64,000 bases of DNA. Origin: an uncultured Candidatus Saccharibacteria bacterium (GTDB taxonomy: Bacteria; Patescibacteriota; Saccharimonadia; Saccharimonadales; Saccharimonadaceae). The notes below the pieces were generated by a model, which saw only the letters and a program-made list of their open reading frames with translations, made no database searches and was not told the DNA's origin. A program made the position numbers and the translations under genes. This document shows, one piece after another, positions 48,542 through 58,551 of the stretch; within the stretch, counting starts at the first letter, position 1; the number at the start of each line of letters is the position of its first letter. The stretch covers positions 1,708 to 65,707 of the forward strand of contig CAYOTX010000001.1 in NCBI GenBank assembly GCA_964407015.1. Direction: 5' to 3'.

Positions 48542-48781
48542 AGTCATAATTCTTATTTCAGGAGCCGGACTTGGCAGTTGATAATTTCTGCAAAATCCGG
48601 CAGACGCTCGCGTCTTACTCGTCGACTGCAGTATTTTCTATATAGAGACTCAACCTGGGGCCCAATATAATGCAATGATTTTTACAAAAATTCTCAGGTT
48701 GGACGCTCACGTAACTGGGATTTTGTAGAAATTGACAACGGGCCAAATCAATTTTATGCTCCTGAAATAAGAATTATGACT
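48542..48781. repeat. 240-bp long hairpin with 24-bp perfect terminal IR
   Basis: agtcataattcttatttcaggagc / gctcctgaaataagaattatgact with nested inner IRs. Confidence 0.8.
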
Positions 48782-49109
48782 ATAAAAAATCTTCTAGCTT
48801 GGTGCATTTAGGCTAGTTTTATAGATTTTGGTGGATTTTTCGGGTTTTTGGCCGAATTTGGGCTAAATTTGCGAATTTGACAATTCCCTTAGTTTATTTC
48901 CCTTTTTTATGATTATCCCTGTTTTTGGTCGGGGCGTTGGTATTATTCGTTATTTTGATTACCATTTTTGCCGAACAAAAACCGAACAGGAATAGGAAAT
49001 TATAGAATTGCAAATACCAGAACAAAACCCGAACGCTTCCCTATTCCCTACCTCTAGTCTATGGCTCAGAGGGAGGTGATTGATGTTTGCTCTGGAGGGC
49101 AGTTCAGGG

Positions 49110-50831
49110 TCAGCGAGCGAGGCAGCGGATTGAACCTCCAATGAATCTGGCTTCAGGAACGGCTGGTTGCCCAGTGCCAGAATTAAAAAATAAATAATAA
49201 GCGACAGAACTGTCTTTAGTTGTAGTAGACCAATAAGTGCCACTCCGCAGAGCTCCATTTAGTGATTTACTTGCATAAAAATAGCCAGATCTGACGAGCC
49301 AAGTGGGTGATTTTCTGATATTGTTAAACCCGTTTGCGGCATAAGTATCGTCAGTTTTAGATGTGGTGATACCTTGTTGAAACAATAGCTCCCCAAATTC
49401 ATAAACGGATTTGTCACTATTGGTTGCTATGGGTAATCGCCAGCCTTTTGGGCAAATAGAGTTAGCGGCATTGGTGTAGTTAATATTAAAGCCATTTGAG
49501 TTATTAGAAGCAATAGCTACTGTCCAGTTATAATAATTACCTACATGATAATGTCTACAGTCTGCTTTTGCATGATCATCGTCTATGCATGCTTGTAGGG
49601 AAGTATATTTTATGTCGTCAGCGGTAGTATTCGAGGCGTAAAAATATGTATCCCCACCTTCAGCAGAAGTTGGAGCAACATTGTTTCTGTTCCATCCATC
49701 TGCCGTATTATTATCATAATCTACAATTATATTCCCTGTAGTAGTCCCCGGATTCCAAGTCCATACACCATTATTTTCGCTATAACCATAGGCTGTACTG
49801 TAAATGCCACTACCGGATGCGGTAGTACTAATATCTGTATTCTCTGAGGTTAATGGGCTTGTATTTGGACCATTGATGTCTAAATCTAGGTTTTGTGTCA
49901 TCCAACAATGGTTATCTTTTAGTTTAGTGACATAGTAGATATTATGGTCTCTAGTGTCTACTAATCTAGCAGTAGTAGATTCACCGGTATTAAGTACAGA
50001 GTTGCAAATATCACTAGTCATATCTTGCATAGCATAGTATGAGCCTTCGCTATCTTGATATGCTTTCTGTTTGCCAGCCATAGCAAAGGCCGCATCTATG
50101 TCATTAATAGTACTAGGTGCATTAGTGTTTGGATGAGTTAGGACGTACTTTACTTTACCAGTATATGTACCAGCTGGCTGTGCAGAACTAGCATATATAT
50201 CATAGGTAGTAGTAAAGTATGAACCAGTAATATCTAAATCTACATTTGGGTTCATATTAGTCCCAGAAGCCCTAGAAGCTACCATAGTATAGGTATTAGG
50301 GACTACATTATAGTTATTATAGCCATTATTGGCGGTAGGGGGAGTACGCTCACTTTCAGACCCTGTGCCAGTACCGGGCGTAATCTTCATTCCCCAAGAA
50401 GATACAGTACTTCCACTACTATATATACCAGTCTTAATATTATAGTCACTACTTAGACCACTTACTACTAGGTCTGTATTGCCGTCTATATTATTACTAT
50501 TACCTACAGCATATATATTATAGCCATTATTATCATTACAGAATACCCCTACTTTAGTAGTACCAATATTCTCTCTATGTAATCCACCACCTTCAAAAGT
50601 AGCTACATGTGGCGTTAATTCTGTGGCGCTAATTGTACAAGAAACAGGAAGGTTAAGAGTGACACTATCTACTCTAGTGGCATCGCCAGAAACGCTGCCT
50701 TCTGCGGAGCTATGCGGCAAAGATAAAATCAATGCGGAAACAATAACTAGGGGAATACTAATGAAAAGAATATTACGGAAGGCTTTATAGAAGAAGTCTG
50801 TATAGTTGTTTGTTTGGCTTTTGTGACTCAT
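49110..50831 (-). CDS. Secreted FISUMP-type protein C (close paralog of A)
   Basis: YTDFFY..FRNIL...SLPHSSA; DTRDHNIYYVTKLKDNHCWMTQNL; ICPKGWRLP; YWSTT...IRC. Confidence 0.8.
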   Translation of the reverse strand: MSHKSQTNNYTDFFYKAFRNILFISIPLVIVSALILSLPHSSAEGSVSGDATRVDSVTLNLPVSCTISATELTPHVATFEGGGLHRENIGTTKVGVFCNDNNGYNIYAVGNSNNIDGNTDLVVSGLSSDYNIKTGIYSSGSTVSSWGMKITPGTGTGSESERTPPTANNGYNNYNVVPNTYTMVASRASGTNMNPNVDLDITGSYFTTTYDIYASSAQPAGTYTGKVKYVLTHPNTNAPSTINDIDAAFAMAGKQKAYQDSEGSYYAMQDMTSDICNSVLNTGESTTARLVDTRDHNIYYVTKLKDNHCWMTQNLDLDINGPNTSPLTSENTDISTTASGSGIYSTAYGYSENNGVWTWNPGTTTGNIIVDYDNNTADGWNRNNVAPTSAEGGDTYFYASNTTADDIKYTSLQACIDDDHAKADCRHYHVGNYYNWTVAIASNNSNGFNINYTNAANSICPKGWRLPIATNSDKSVYEFGELLFQQGITTSKTDDTYAANGFNNIRKSPTWLVRSGYFYASKSLNGALRSGTYWSTTTKDSSVAYYLFFNSGTGQPAVPEARFIGGSIRCLAR

Positions 50832-50866
50832 ATATGTATTACCCTGTTTAAGTTTCTAGTCATTGT

Positions 50867-51048
50867 GGCGCCATTTTGTGTAAACGGGGTAGTAATACAA
50901 AAATGGCACCGCAAGGGGTGCAATAACAAGTTATTTATACCAGCATAGAGCCCATACAAAACTTGGTCCTTACGGCGCCGTTTTATTTTATATGAACCCT
51001 ATTATGGTATAAAAATGCGCTGGCTTATTAAATAAATTGTTATTGCAC
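50867..51048 (-). ncRNA. Structured 5' leader RNA, copy 3
   Basis: P1 GTGCAATAACAA/TTGTTATTGCAC after TGcTATACT; invariant 23-mer at 50899-50921. Confidence 0.7.
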
Positions 51049-51090
51049 TTTTAGTATAGCACAATTATTTTGCTTTGTGTGAAAAAATGG

Positions 51091-51795
51091 CTATTTCCAA
51101 TAGGCTTTGTGGGGGAGGCGGACGTCTATATACTGGAATTCAGTAATTCCCTGGCCCGATAGATAGCGGAGCATACGGTCGGCATCTTCTACCGAAACGG
51201 CCGTGGGGCGATCTATAAACATTTTTATGTAACCACTGTAACCATCGAGGTAAAAATCTATTTCACGGACGGCGCCGGCCGGTAATACTGCCCTGGTTGG
51301 TTGATAACCAAGCGCACGAAAGTCCACTTCGGCCTGGCCGATATAATCTTTCATGCGACTAGTGATTTTGCCACTGGTGGCGGCAGCATCTTCGTCTACC
51401 ACTTCGATAGTGGGTTGATAGGTAGGCTCTGGCTCTTCTACTATAAGCTGATCCTCCCCTCCCCGAAAGAAAATAAAATATATTGCCGCCAGAATAGCTA
51501 CCAAAACAATAAAACCGAAACTCACGAAAAAAACTCGTAGATGACTTTTGCGCTTATCTTTCTGGCGAGCAAGTTCGCGTTCGTTGGCGGTCTCGAGTTT
51601 TTCCCTTTGTTCGCCGATGGTGCGGCCAGCACGCAAAGTAGATTTGCGGTTTATGCTACGACGAGTTGGCCGCAAAGCAACTTCGGGACGGGTCCTGCCG
51701 GCTTCTTCCCCCAAAAAATTGCGTTGCAATTGTTCTGGGGGTCCCCCTTCAGCCGTCACCCGTCCCGATTTATTTTTCTTTAGAATACCCACCAC
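51091..51795 (-). CDS. FtsQ/DivIB-like protein
   Basis: Position after murG; TM; C-terminal QYIDVR. Confidence 0.65.
   Translation of the reverse strand: MVGILKKNKSGRVTAEGGPPEQLQRNFLGEEAGRTRPEVALRPTRRSINRKSTLRAGRTIGEQREKLETANERELARQKDKRKSHLRVFFVSFGFIVLVAILAAIYFIFFRGGEDQLIVEEPEPTYQPTIEVVDEDAAATSGKITSRMKDYIGQAEVDFRALGYQPTRAVLPAGAVREIDFYLDGYSGYIKMFIDRPTAVSVEDADRMLRYLSGQGITEFQYIDVRLPHKAYWK
51684..51767. repeat. 84-bp inverted-repeat element inside the FtsQ-like CDS
   Basis: 10-bp perfect TIR cgggacgggt/acccgtcccg; homologous blocks with 5258-5346. Confidence 0.7.
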
Positions 51796-51803
51796 AAATT
51801 CCT

Positions 51804-53039
51804 TTACGCTTCTTCCAAAATTATTTCGGCTAGGCGCTTGGCGGCGTCAGAACGAGCTTCTTTGGCGAGGCAATCGGCCATATCGGCGCGGAGGCGTGGA
51901 GATTTAACTAGGTGACGAATTTCTTCCAATAATTTATTAGGGTCAGCCATCATGTCGGCATCTTTGATGACCAGGGCGGCTTTAGCTTGCTCTAATCTCT
52001 CGGCGTTTTTGACCTGGTGACCGCCAGGCAGGCGTTCAAATGGCACTAAAATGGTAGCTTTTTTAAGCGAGGCCATTTCCGCAATAGTAGTAGCGCCGGC
52101 GCGAGAAACTACCACGTCGGCGGCGCCCATTAATTCGTTCATAGTGGTGTTAAATTCCCACATCCTAAAATTGGATTCTAGGTTAGCCTTTTCCCAGTTT
52201 TCATATTTTTTGAGATCGACCATATTTTCGTAATGTTTGCGACCGGCAACCAAGCCCACAGAAGTAAATTTTAATAATTCTGGTAAGATTTGGCGAGTGG
52301 CCTCATTGAGGTTTTCTGAACCTTGGGAGCCGCCAGTAATTACCACTAAAGGTTTTTCGGCATTGAAAGAAAAGGCTTTTTTGAGCGAAAGCTGCTTGGC
52401 GGGACTGACCGGCTTGAATTCTGAACCAACTGGTATACCAGTCCAAACGTAGTTAGGGTGTTTTTCTAAAATATCCTCAGTGAGCGGCATACCAAAAGCG
52501 ACTTTTTTAGCTTTCCGCATAAGTAAGCGATTAGCTAGGCCTGCTACTACATCAGATTCGTGGATAATGTAAGGGATACGAAAAAGGCGCGCAATGAGGC
52601 CGACTGGCAAGCAAACATAGCCGCCTTTGAGAAAAATAATATCAGGACGGGAAGATTTTTTGATAAGCCGGAAAAATGCGGTAAAAATACCAAAAACAAA
52701 ACCGAAGAAGCCAATAACATTGCCAAAGATTAAATCTTTTAGCGTGATATCTAGATGTACGAAATAATCTTTAAAAGACCAACCCGAATAACGATGGAAT
52801 TTCCCTGCCGGGATGCGGCGCACGCGAATGTATGGGCCCTTGCCGCGGTGTTCGGATTTGTTTTCTTCGCCCCAAGAAACACCGATTTCGGTGGTGAGTT
52901 TGGTGACGTTTTTATAATATTTGAAATCAGTCCAAAATTCTACACCTATACGAGGTTTTTGACTGAGAATTTCACGAACTACGGCGACCGCTGGAGTGAT
53001 GTGCCCCCCGGATCCCCCGCCGACTACTAATATCTTCAT
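51804..53039 (-). CDS. murG: UDP-GlcNAc:lipid I GlcNAc transferase
   Basis: GGGSGGHITP, GGYVCLP, HESD, GGSQGS, SRAGA. Confidence 0.95.
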   Translation of the reverse strand: MKILVVGGGSGGHITPAVAVVREILSQKPRIGVEFWTDFKYYKNVTKLTTEIGVSWGEENKSEHRGKGPYIRVRRIPAGKFHRYSGWSFKDYFVHLDITLKDLIFGNVIGFFGFVFGIFTAFFRLIKKSSRPDIIFLKGGYVCLPVGLIARLFRIPYIIHESDVVAGLANRLLMRKAKKVAFGMPLTEDILEKHPNYVWTGIPVGSEFKPVSPAKQLSLKKAFSFNAEKPLVVITGGSQGSENLNEATRQILPELLKFTSVGLVAGRKHYENMVDLKKYENWEKANLESNFRMWEFNTTMNELMGAADVVVSRAGATTIAEMASLKKATILVPFERLPGGHQVKNAERLEQAKAALVIKDADMMADPNKLLEEIRHLVKSPRLRADMADCLAKEARSDAAKRLAEIILEEA

Positions 53040-54204
53040 TTCTAATTACCTCCCTACTAGTATAACATGAAAGTTGGCAAACTTCACCAATAGCAAAAGC
53101 AATAAAGATCATGCTGGTGCCACCATACGAAAGAAGCGGTAGAGTGATACCAGTAACCGGCACGAGGCTGGTCATTGCCATGATATTAACTACTACCTGT
53201 GCTAAAGTCCAAGAAAAAACACCAATGACAAGTAGACGATTATAGAAATCAGCAGTGCCCTCGGCGACTTTGAGCATGCGAAGCAGCATTACGCCAAAAA
53301 TGGCAATGATAATAAATAAACCAACAAAGCCGAAAGTTTCGCCCATAATAGCAAAGACTGAGTCGTTGATAGATTCTGGCAAATAGCCGGTAGCCTGAAC
53401 AGAATTTCCTACTCCCACGCCGAACATACCGCCAGTGCCAATAGCTAGCATAGCGTTTTCTACGTGATAGGTAGAGTCGGTACTCTCACCGCCAGTAAGA
53501 GTGGTGAGCCAAGCATCTACACGTTGCATACGGTGAGAAGATGTAGCTACCGAGCCGACTGCTACGGCTAATACTACGGCTAGCATAATGAGATATTGCC
53601 GGGCTGGTACGCCAGAAATAAGTAGTGTGCCGAAGATAATGGCGATAAGAGCTACACCAGTACCAAGGTCGCCCTGCGCGATCACCACTAGGAAAAGCGA
53701 AAGACCGCAAACAATGAGAAGTGGTAGCCAAAATTCGCGCCATTTGCCGACGACTCCCTCTTCCCTCTTGCGGGAAAGGAAATCTGCGAGATAAAATACC
53801 ATAGCGAGTTTTAATAGTTCGGCAGGCTGAAAACTGAGACCGCCGAAATTAAACCAGCGACATTCGCCGAGTTCGCATTTGACGAGCGACGAATGTGCCA
53901 TGGCTAATATCCAAAGTAAACCAGATAAAACTAGCGCAATAATCATCAACGGCTTGGCGCATTTTTTGACATATTTATATGGTATCCACTTGAACGCGGC
54001 AAAAAAGGCCAAGAGTGACAAACCTACCGAACGTAACTGACCGATGAAAAAGAAATTAGAGTCGTAATCGGTGCCATAAGTACTGTTTAAAACATTGGCG
54101 CGCATAGGACCGATAGCATAAATTACAATCAGGCCGAGTGCCATAAGGCCTAGCGTAGAAAATAAAATCACTAAGTCGGATTTATGTTTTCTGATGGTGG
54201 GCAT
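53029..54204 (-). CDS. ftsW: SEDS protein FtsW
   Basis: FQPAELLK, QGDLGT, LPESINDSVFA, LPLLSYGGTS; within the dcw cluster; ATG 54204 used. Confidence 0.85.
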
Positions 54205-55229
54205 TAAATGGCGCCTCCGGTAGCGGCAATAAAGACTCCGAGAATAGCACAAACACCAGCGATAATCCAAAAGCGCATCACAATTTTAGCCTCGCCCCAA
54301 CCTTTGGCTTCTAGGTGATGGTGTAGTGGCGCAGAAATAAAAACTTTTTTATGGAAGAATTTTTTTGAAACTAATTGGATAAGGCTAGAGCTAGTTTCTA
54401 CCACGAAAGGCAAACCAATAATCGGCAGAAGTAGGAACGAATTGGTCATCATAGAGACTACACCAAGGCCGGCACCCAGGGCAAACGAGCCAGTGTCGCC
54501 CATCATAAAGCGGGCAGGCGGTACATTAAACCAAATATAAGAGAGTAGCCAACCAACTACCGTAAGGCAAAAACCGAAAAGTAAGATATTGCCCTGGAAA
54601 AGCGCAATCACACCATAGGCGCCATAAGCCATCATGGCGAGGCCACCAGAGAGGCCATCTAGGCCATCAGTAATATTAACAGCGTTAGAGGTAGCTACTA
54701 CGGCAAAGGCAAAAATTAGCATCACCCAAACCCCGCCTATGGTAAAATCGCCCACAAATGGCACTAAAATATCCGTCCAGCCAAGTTTGAAAGCAAAGAA
54801 CCAACCTAAAGTAAGGCCTACGGCAGAAATCAAAAAGAATTTAACTGGGCCGCGCAGGCCTGCGGCACCTTTGCCAGAGCCAAAAACATTGATCATATCA
54901 TCGAGCATACCAACTAGCGCCCCACCCAGAAAACCGGCGAGCGGTAGCCAAGTTTGCCCACGATCTAAATTAAAAATACAGGTGGTAGCAGTAACCGATA
55001 TAATACCGACAAGCCCGGCCATGGTTGGGAAAACGCGCTTGAATTTGTGGGCATGAAGCTTGGTCATAATTGGCAATTCTTTACCATCTACTGTGGTTTG
55101 TTTTTGTTTTTTCCAGAATTTATACTTGTAAGCAAAGTGGGTATAAATAGGCGTAAATAGCATAGAAAACAAAAATCCAGCCAGTGCAAGTAATAATCCA
55201 TAAAATACTTCGTCGTTGATATTTCCCAT
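54204..55229 (-). CDS. mraY: Phospho-N-acetylmuramoyl-pentapeptide transferase
   Basis: PTMAG, NAVNITDGLDGL, FMGDTGS, APLHHHLE. Confidence 0.96.
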   Translation of the reverse strand: MGNINDEVFYGLLLALAGFLFSMLFTPIYTHFAYKYKFWKKQKQTTVDGKELPIMTKLHAHKFKRVFPTMAGLVGIISVTATTCIFNLDRGQTWLPLAGFLGGALVGMLDDMINVFGSGKGAAGLRGPVKFFLISAVGLTLGWFFAFKLGWTDILVPFVGDFTIGGVWVMLIFAFAVVATSNAVNITDGLDGLSGGLAMMAYGAYGVIALFQGNILLFGFCLTVVGWLLSYIWFNVPPARFMMGDTGSFALGAGLGVVSMMTNSFLLLPIIGLPFVVETSSSLIQLVSKKFFHKKVFISAPLHHHLEAKGWGEAKIVMRFWIIAGVCAILGVFIAATGGAI

Positions 55230-55230
55230 T

Positions 55231-56970
55231 TTATACCTTTGGTTTAATTTTTAAATAATTGATTACGTAGTTTGATAAACTGTCGAAGAAACTACCGGCA
55301 TGCTTAGTGCCGTCCATGTATTGCCCTTCTCCCCACATTTTAACCATTATCACGTATTTTGGCAACTCCCCTTCTGGCCCGACAAAGCCAATGTACGTAC
55401 CAACTGTTTCGCTCATAGTGTCATCGTATGCTCCGTCGCGAATTACCTGGGCAGTGCCAGACTTACCACCGATAGAATAGCCTGGCTTATCTATGCCGCC
55501 GCTAACCTTGTAACCGCGGTTGTTTACCAGCATACTACGCATCATGGCACTAGTATTATCGGAAAGAATTTTGTCTTCTACGACATCGGTACGAGTTTGC
55601 TTGACTAATTCCCCATTTTCCAAAGTGCCCTCAACAATAGTAGGAGAATGATAAGTGCCGCCATTTACTACGGCAGAAAAGGCGGTGGCCACCTGGATCA
55701 TAGTAAGCCCAAGGTTTTGGCCAAAAGTCATATTGGCATAGACAGAATCGCGACCCCAGCCTTCGTTAGGATCAGGAATATAGCCTTCTGCCTCGATTAA
55801 TTCAATACCAGTAGCCTGACCCAAACGAAACTTATTATAATAATAGTCGTAAAGTTTTTCACGCCCTTGCTGAGTAATAGCACCAGGATTACCGCCGAGA
55901 AGTTTGAGCGCATAGATTGAGCCGGTATTGAGCGACCAGTAGAGTGCAGTACGCATATCGATGGTGCCATAAAGCGACGAACGTTGTTCGGCGTTTTTGA
56001 TTTTCCAGCCGTCGATAATTTCATAACCTTCGTTGAAATAAGTAGTGTCGGGCGTCATGACGCCTTCATTAATAGCAGCAGAAAAGGAAAAATTCTTACA
56101 AACCGAAGCTGGCTCGTATGGAACTTCGGTGGTGTAATTCATGTAGGCTGAAGCATCCTTGACATCGCCGTAATTAGCTGGGTCGTAATTTGGCATATTA
56201 GCCATAGCCAATACTTCACCAGTATTTGGGTCCATGATAATAGCGGCGGCATTGGTAGCAGGAGTATTATTAATAGTAGCGGCAGTGATTTCTTCTACGC
56301 CTTTTTGTAGGCCCCTATCTATAGTGAGCACAATATTTTGACCATCTTCGGCGGGGATTTTAACATTATCGTTACCAATTGAGAGGGCTACTTTATTAAC
56401 ATCGGCGGTGGCTTTAAGTATGCCGTCTTTGCCAGATAGTAAATTATTAAGTGAGCCCTCTACGCCGTATTGACCTAGGCCGTCGGCATTAACAAAGCCA
56501 AGCAAGCCAGAGGCCATTTCGCCCTCGGGGTAGACACGCTGGTTATTTTTTTGGAACCAAATAGCGCCAAGATTTTCTTCGGCAATTTTGTTGGCGAGGT
56601 CGCGCGGAACGTTTTTGGCTACGATAGAATAGCGCAATCCTTCAGTATTATAAACTTCATCTAAATCCACCACGATATAATCTTTGGCGTAAGTTTCTAG
56701 GGCATGCTTGATTCCCTCTTTGTCGGTGACGGAAGGGTCGATAATAATTTGGTAAGTAGTTTGGTTTAGTACTACAGGCACCGGCTCACCATCATCCATC
56801 ATATAAATTTCACCGCGCTTAGCTACGATAGTCTCTAGTAAAGTATGGGCTTCGTCGGCCTTGGCTACCCAGGCATCGTGCTCGATAATTTGAATGAAAA
56901 ATAGCCGTACCAAAATAATGGCAAGGGCTATCAAAACGACATTTTTCAAAATTTTAATCCGGCGAGGCAT
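55231..56970 (-). CDS. Class B penicillin-binding protein (FtsI-like)
   Basis: RGEI, YEPASVCK (SxxK), SLN, KSGTAQ; start chosen at the ATG of MPRRIK, exact start uncertain. Confidence 0.88.
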   Translation of the reverse strand: MPRRIKILKNVVLIALAIILVRLFFIQIIEHDAWVAKADEAHTLLETIVAKRGEIYMMDDGEPVPVVLNQTTYQIIIDPSVTDKEGIKHALETYAKDYIVVDLDEVYNTEGLRYSIVAKNVPRDLANKIAEENLGAIWFQKNNQRVYPEGEMASGLLGFVNADGLGQYGVEGSLNNLLSGKDGILKATADVNKVALSIGNDNVKIPAEDGQNIVLTIDRGLQKGVEEITAATINNTPATNAAAIIMDPNTGEVLAMANMPNYDPANYGDVKDASAYMNYTTEVPYEPASVCKNFSFSAAINEGVMTPDTTYFNEGYEIIDGWKIKNAEQRSSLYGTIDMRTALYWSLNTGSIYALKLLGGNPGAITQQGREKLYDYYYNKFRLGQATGIELIEAEGYIPDPNEGWGRDSVYANMTFGQNLGLTMIQVATAFSAVVNGGTYHSPTIVEGTLENGELVKQTRTDVVEDKILSDNTSAMMRSMLVNNRGYKVSGGIDKPGYSIGGKSGTAQVIRDGAYDDTMSETVGTYIGFVGPEGELPKYVIMVKMWGEGQYMDGTKHAGSFFDSLSNYVINYLKIKPKV

Positions 56971-57004
56971 CGAAACAGCCGGGTTGGTTACCAGATGCTG
57001 GTAA

Positions 57005-57346
57005 TTAGTCCGCGACATACCCCGTAACCGTGGCGTCTTCCATGGCCGCGGCAACGGTGCTGTTTTTCGCCGTAGCAACAGAATTCAGACGCGCTTTTTC
57101 CACTGCGAGATCATCTTTTTTAGCATTCATTTCGGTGATTTCATCTTCAACTTTGGAAATTTCGTAATCAAAACTGGTGGCTTTGGTACTTTCAGCCACA
57201 TAAATGAGTCCAAAAATTAGGGTAAGCATGCTAACTATCACAATTTGAGAGATTGAGCCCAGACTTCTTTTAGTATGGCGGACGGTATTATGGTTACGGG
57301 CAAAACTGTTTCCTGTATTTCGCCTAGTAGTATATGTTTGTTGCAT
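57005..57346 (-). CDS. FtsL-like septum protein
   Basis: Single TM plus coiled coil, directly upstream of the PBP. Confidence 0.65.
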   Translation of the reverse strand: MQQTYTTRRNTGNSFARNHNTVRHTKRSLGSISQIVIVSMLTLIFGLIYVAESTKATSFDYEISKVEDEITEMNAKKDDLAVEKARLNSVATAKNSTVAAAMEDATVTGYVAD

Positions 57347-57579
57347 TTTTCCTCGCTGATGTTTGTTTTTGTTTTATTTTATTTTTTGATTTGGTTTTCG
57401 TCTTAGTCCGGGAACTGCTTGCCTGGCAGAGCTATAAGTAACCTAGCAAGAGTTCCCGGGAAGGTCATACACTTCACACTCTCTGTGAAAACTCTATTTG
57501 GCGGACCACACTCGGCCCATGTCACTAGTCACGGAACACCGGGCAGAGTCTTGTTTTTTGCTCTGCCCGGGAAGGGAGA

Positions 57580-57645
57580 CTAGCGGAAATGTACCTTAAC
57601 TTTTTGGGCGCGGGATTTGTTCGCGACTACGATTTGTTTTGGCAT
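57580..57645 (-). CDS. Small ORF MPKQIVVANKSRAQKVKVHFR
   Basis: Strong SD AAGGAGG 5 nt upstream; not in the ORF track. Confidence 0.5.
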   Translation of the reverse strand: MPKQIVVANKSRAQKVKVHFR

Positions 57646-57678
57646 ATTGCCTCCTTTTGTTTTATGTTTTTATTTTTA

Positions 57679-58551
57679 TCAATTCCGCGTTGCAACTCGT
57701 AATTTTGCACTACGCGCACGCGGGTTGATAACTAACTCCTGTTTTTCCGCAACGATGGGCTTTTTGGTGATGATTTTTAATTCAGACTCTTCGCCAAAGC
57801 TGGAAACTTCTTTGAAATAATCTTTGACCAACCGATCTTCTAGGCTATGGAAGGTAATGATGCCGACGCGACCGTTTTGATTTAGTAATTTCGGTAGCAG
57901 GGGCAAGGTCTTTTCGATTTCGCCGAGTTCGTCGTTGACGGCGATACGAATAGCCTGAAAGACGCGGGCTGCAGGGTGGGTTTTAGAATACTTGGATTTA
58001 CTGAGGATAATATTAGCAAGCTCTTTGGTACTCTTGATCGGTCGGTGGTGGACAATTTCGCGAGCTAGCAACTTTGCGCGGCCAGGCTTTTCTTCACCAA
58101 ACCTAGTGAAAATACCTGCTAGTTCCCTTTCGCTATAATGATTTACAATATCATCCGCCGAGAGGGCCTGACTTTGATCCATCCGCATGTCCAGCGGGCC
58201 GTCGTGTTTAAACGAAAAACCACGCTCATCCATATCTATTTGCGGAGAAGAAACTCCAAAATCCGCTAATATTATATCAAAAGTTTTTCCACACTCGGTA
58301 AGCTGTAGCACCGCACTATAAAAATCTTCGTTAATAATGGTAATCTCAGGTGGAAATTTGCGCTCTAAGTAATCAGCGGAAAATTTATCCCGATCTACCA
58401 GGACGGAGTTTTTATAATTCTGTGTTACATCCAAAATTTTGCTAGCGTGCCCGCCATAGCCTGCGGTAAGATCTAAATATGCTTCACCGGGCTGGGGGTC
58501 TAGGCTGACTAAAACTTCCGATAATAATACAGGGATATGTAATCTCTCCAT
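57679..58551 (-). CDS. rsmH: 16S rRNA m4C1402 methyltransferase
   Basis: HIPVLL.EV, DLTAGYGGH, DFGVSSPQ, LDMRMD, NPRARSAKLR. Confidence 0.96.
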   Translation of the reverse strand: MERLHIPVLLSEVLVSLDPQPGEAYLDLTAGYGGHASKILDVTQNYKNSVLVDRDKFSADYLERKFPPEITIINEDFYSAVLQLTECGKTFDIILADFGVSSPQIDMDERGFSFKHDGPLDMRMDQSQALSADDIVNHYSERELAGIFTRFGEEKPGRAKLLAREIVHHRPIKSTKELANIILSKSKYSKTHPAARVFQAIRIAVNDELGEIEKTLPLLPKLLNQNGRVGIITFHSLEDRLVKDYFKEVSSFGEESELKIITKKPIVAEKQELVINPRARSAKLRVATRN

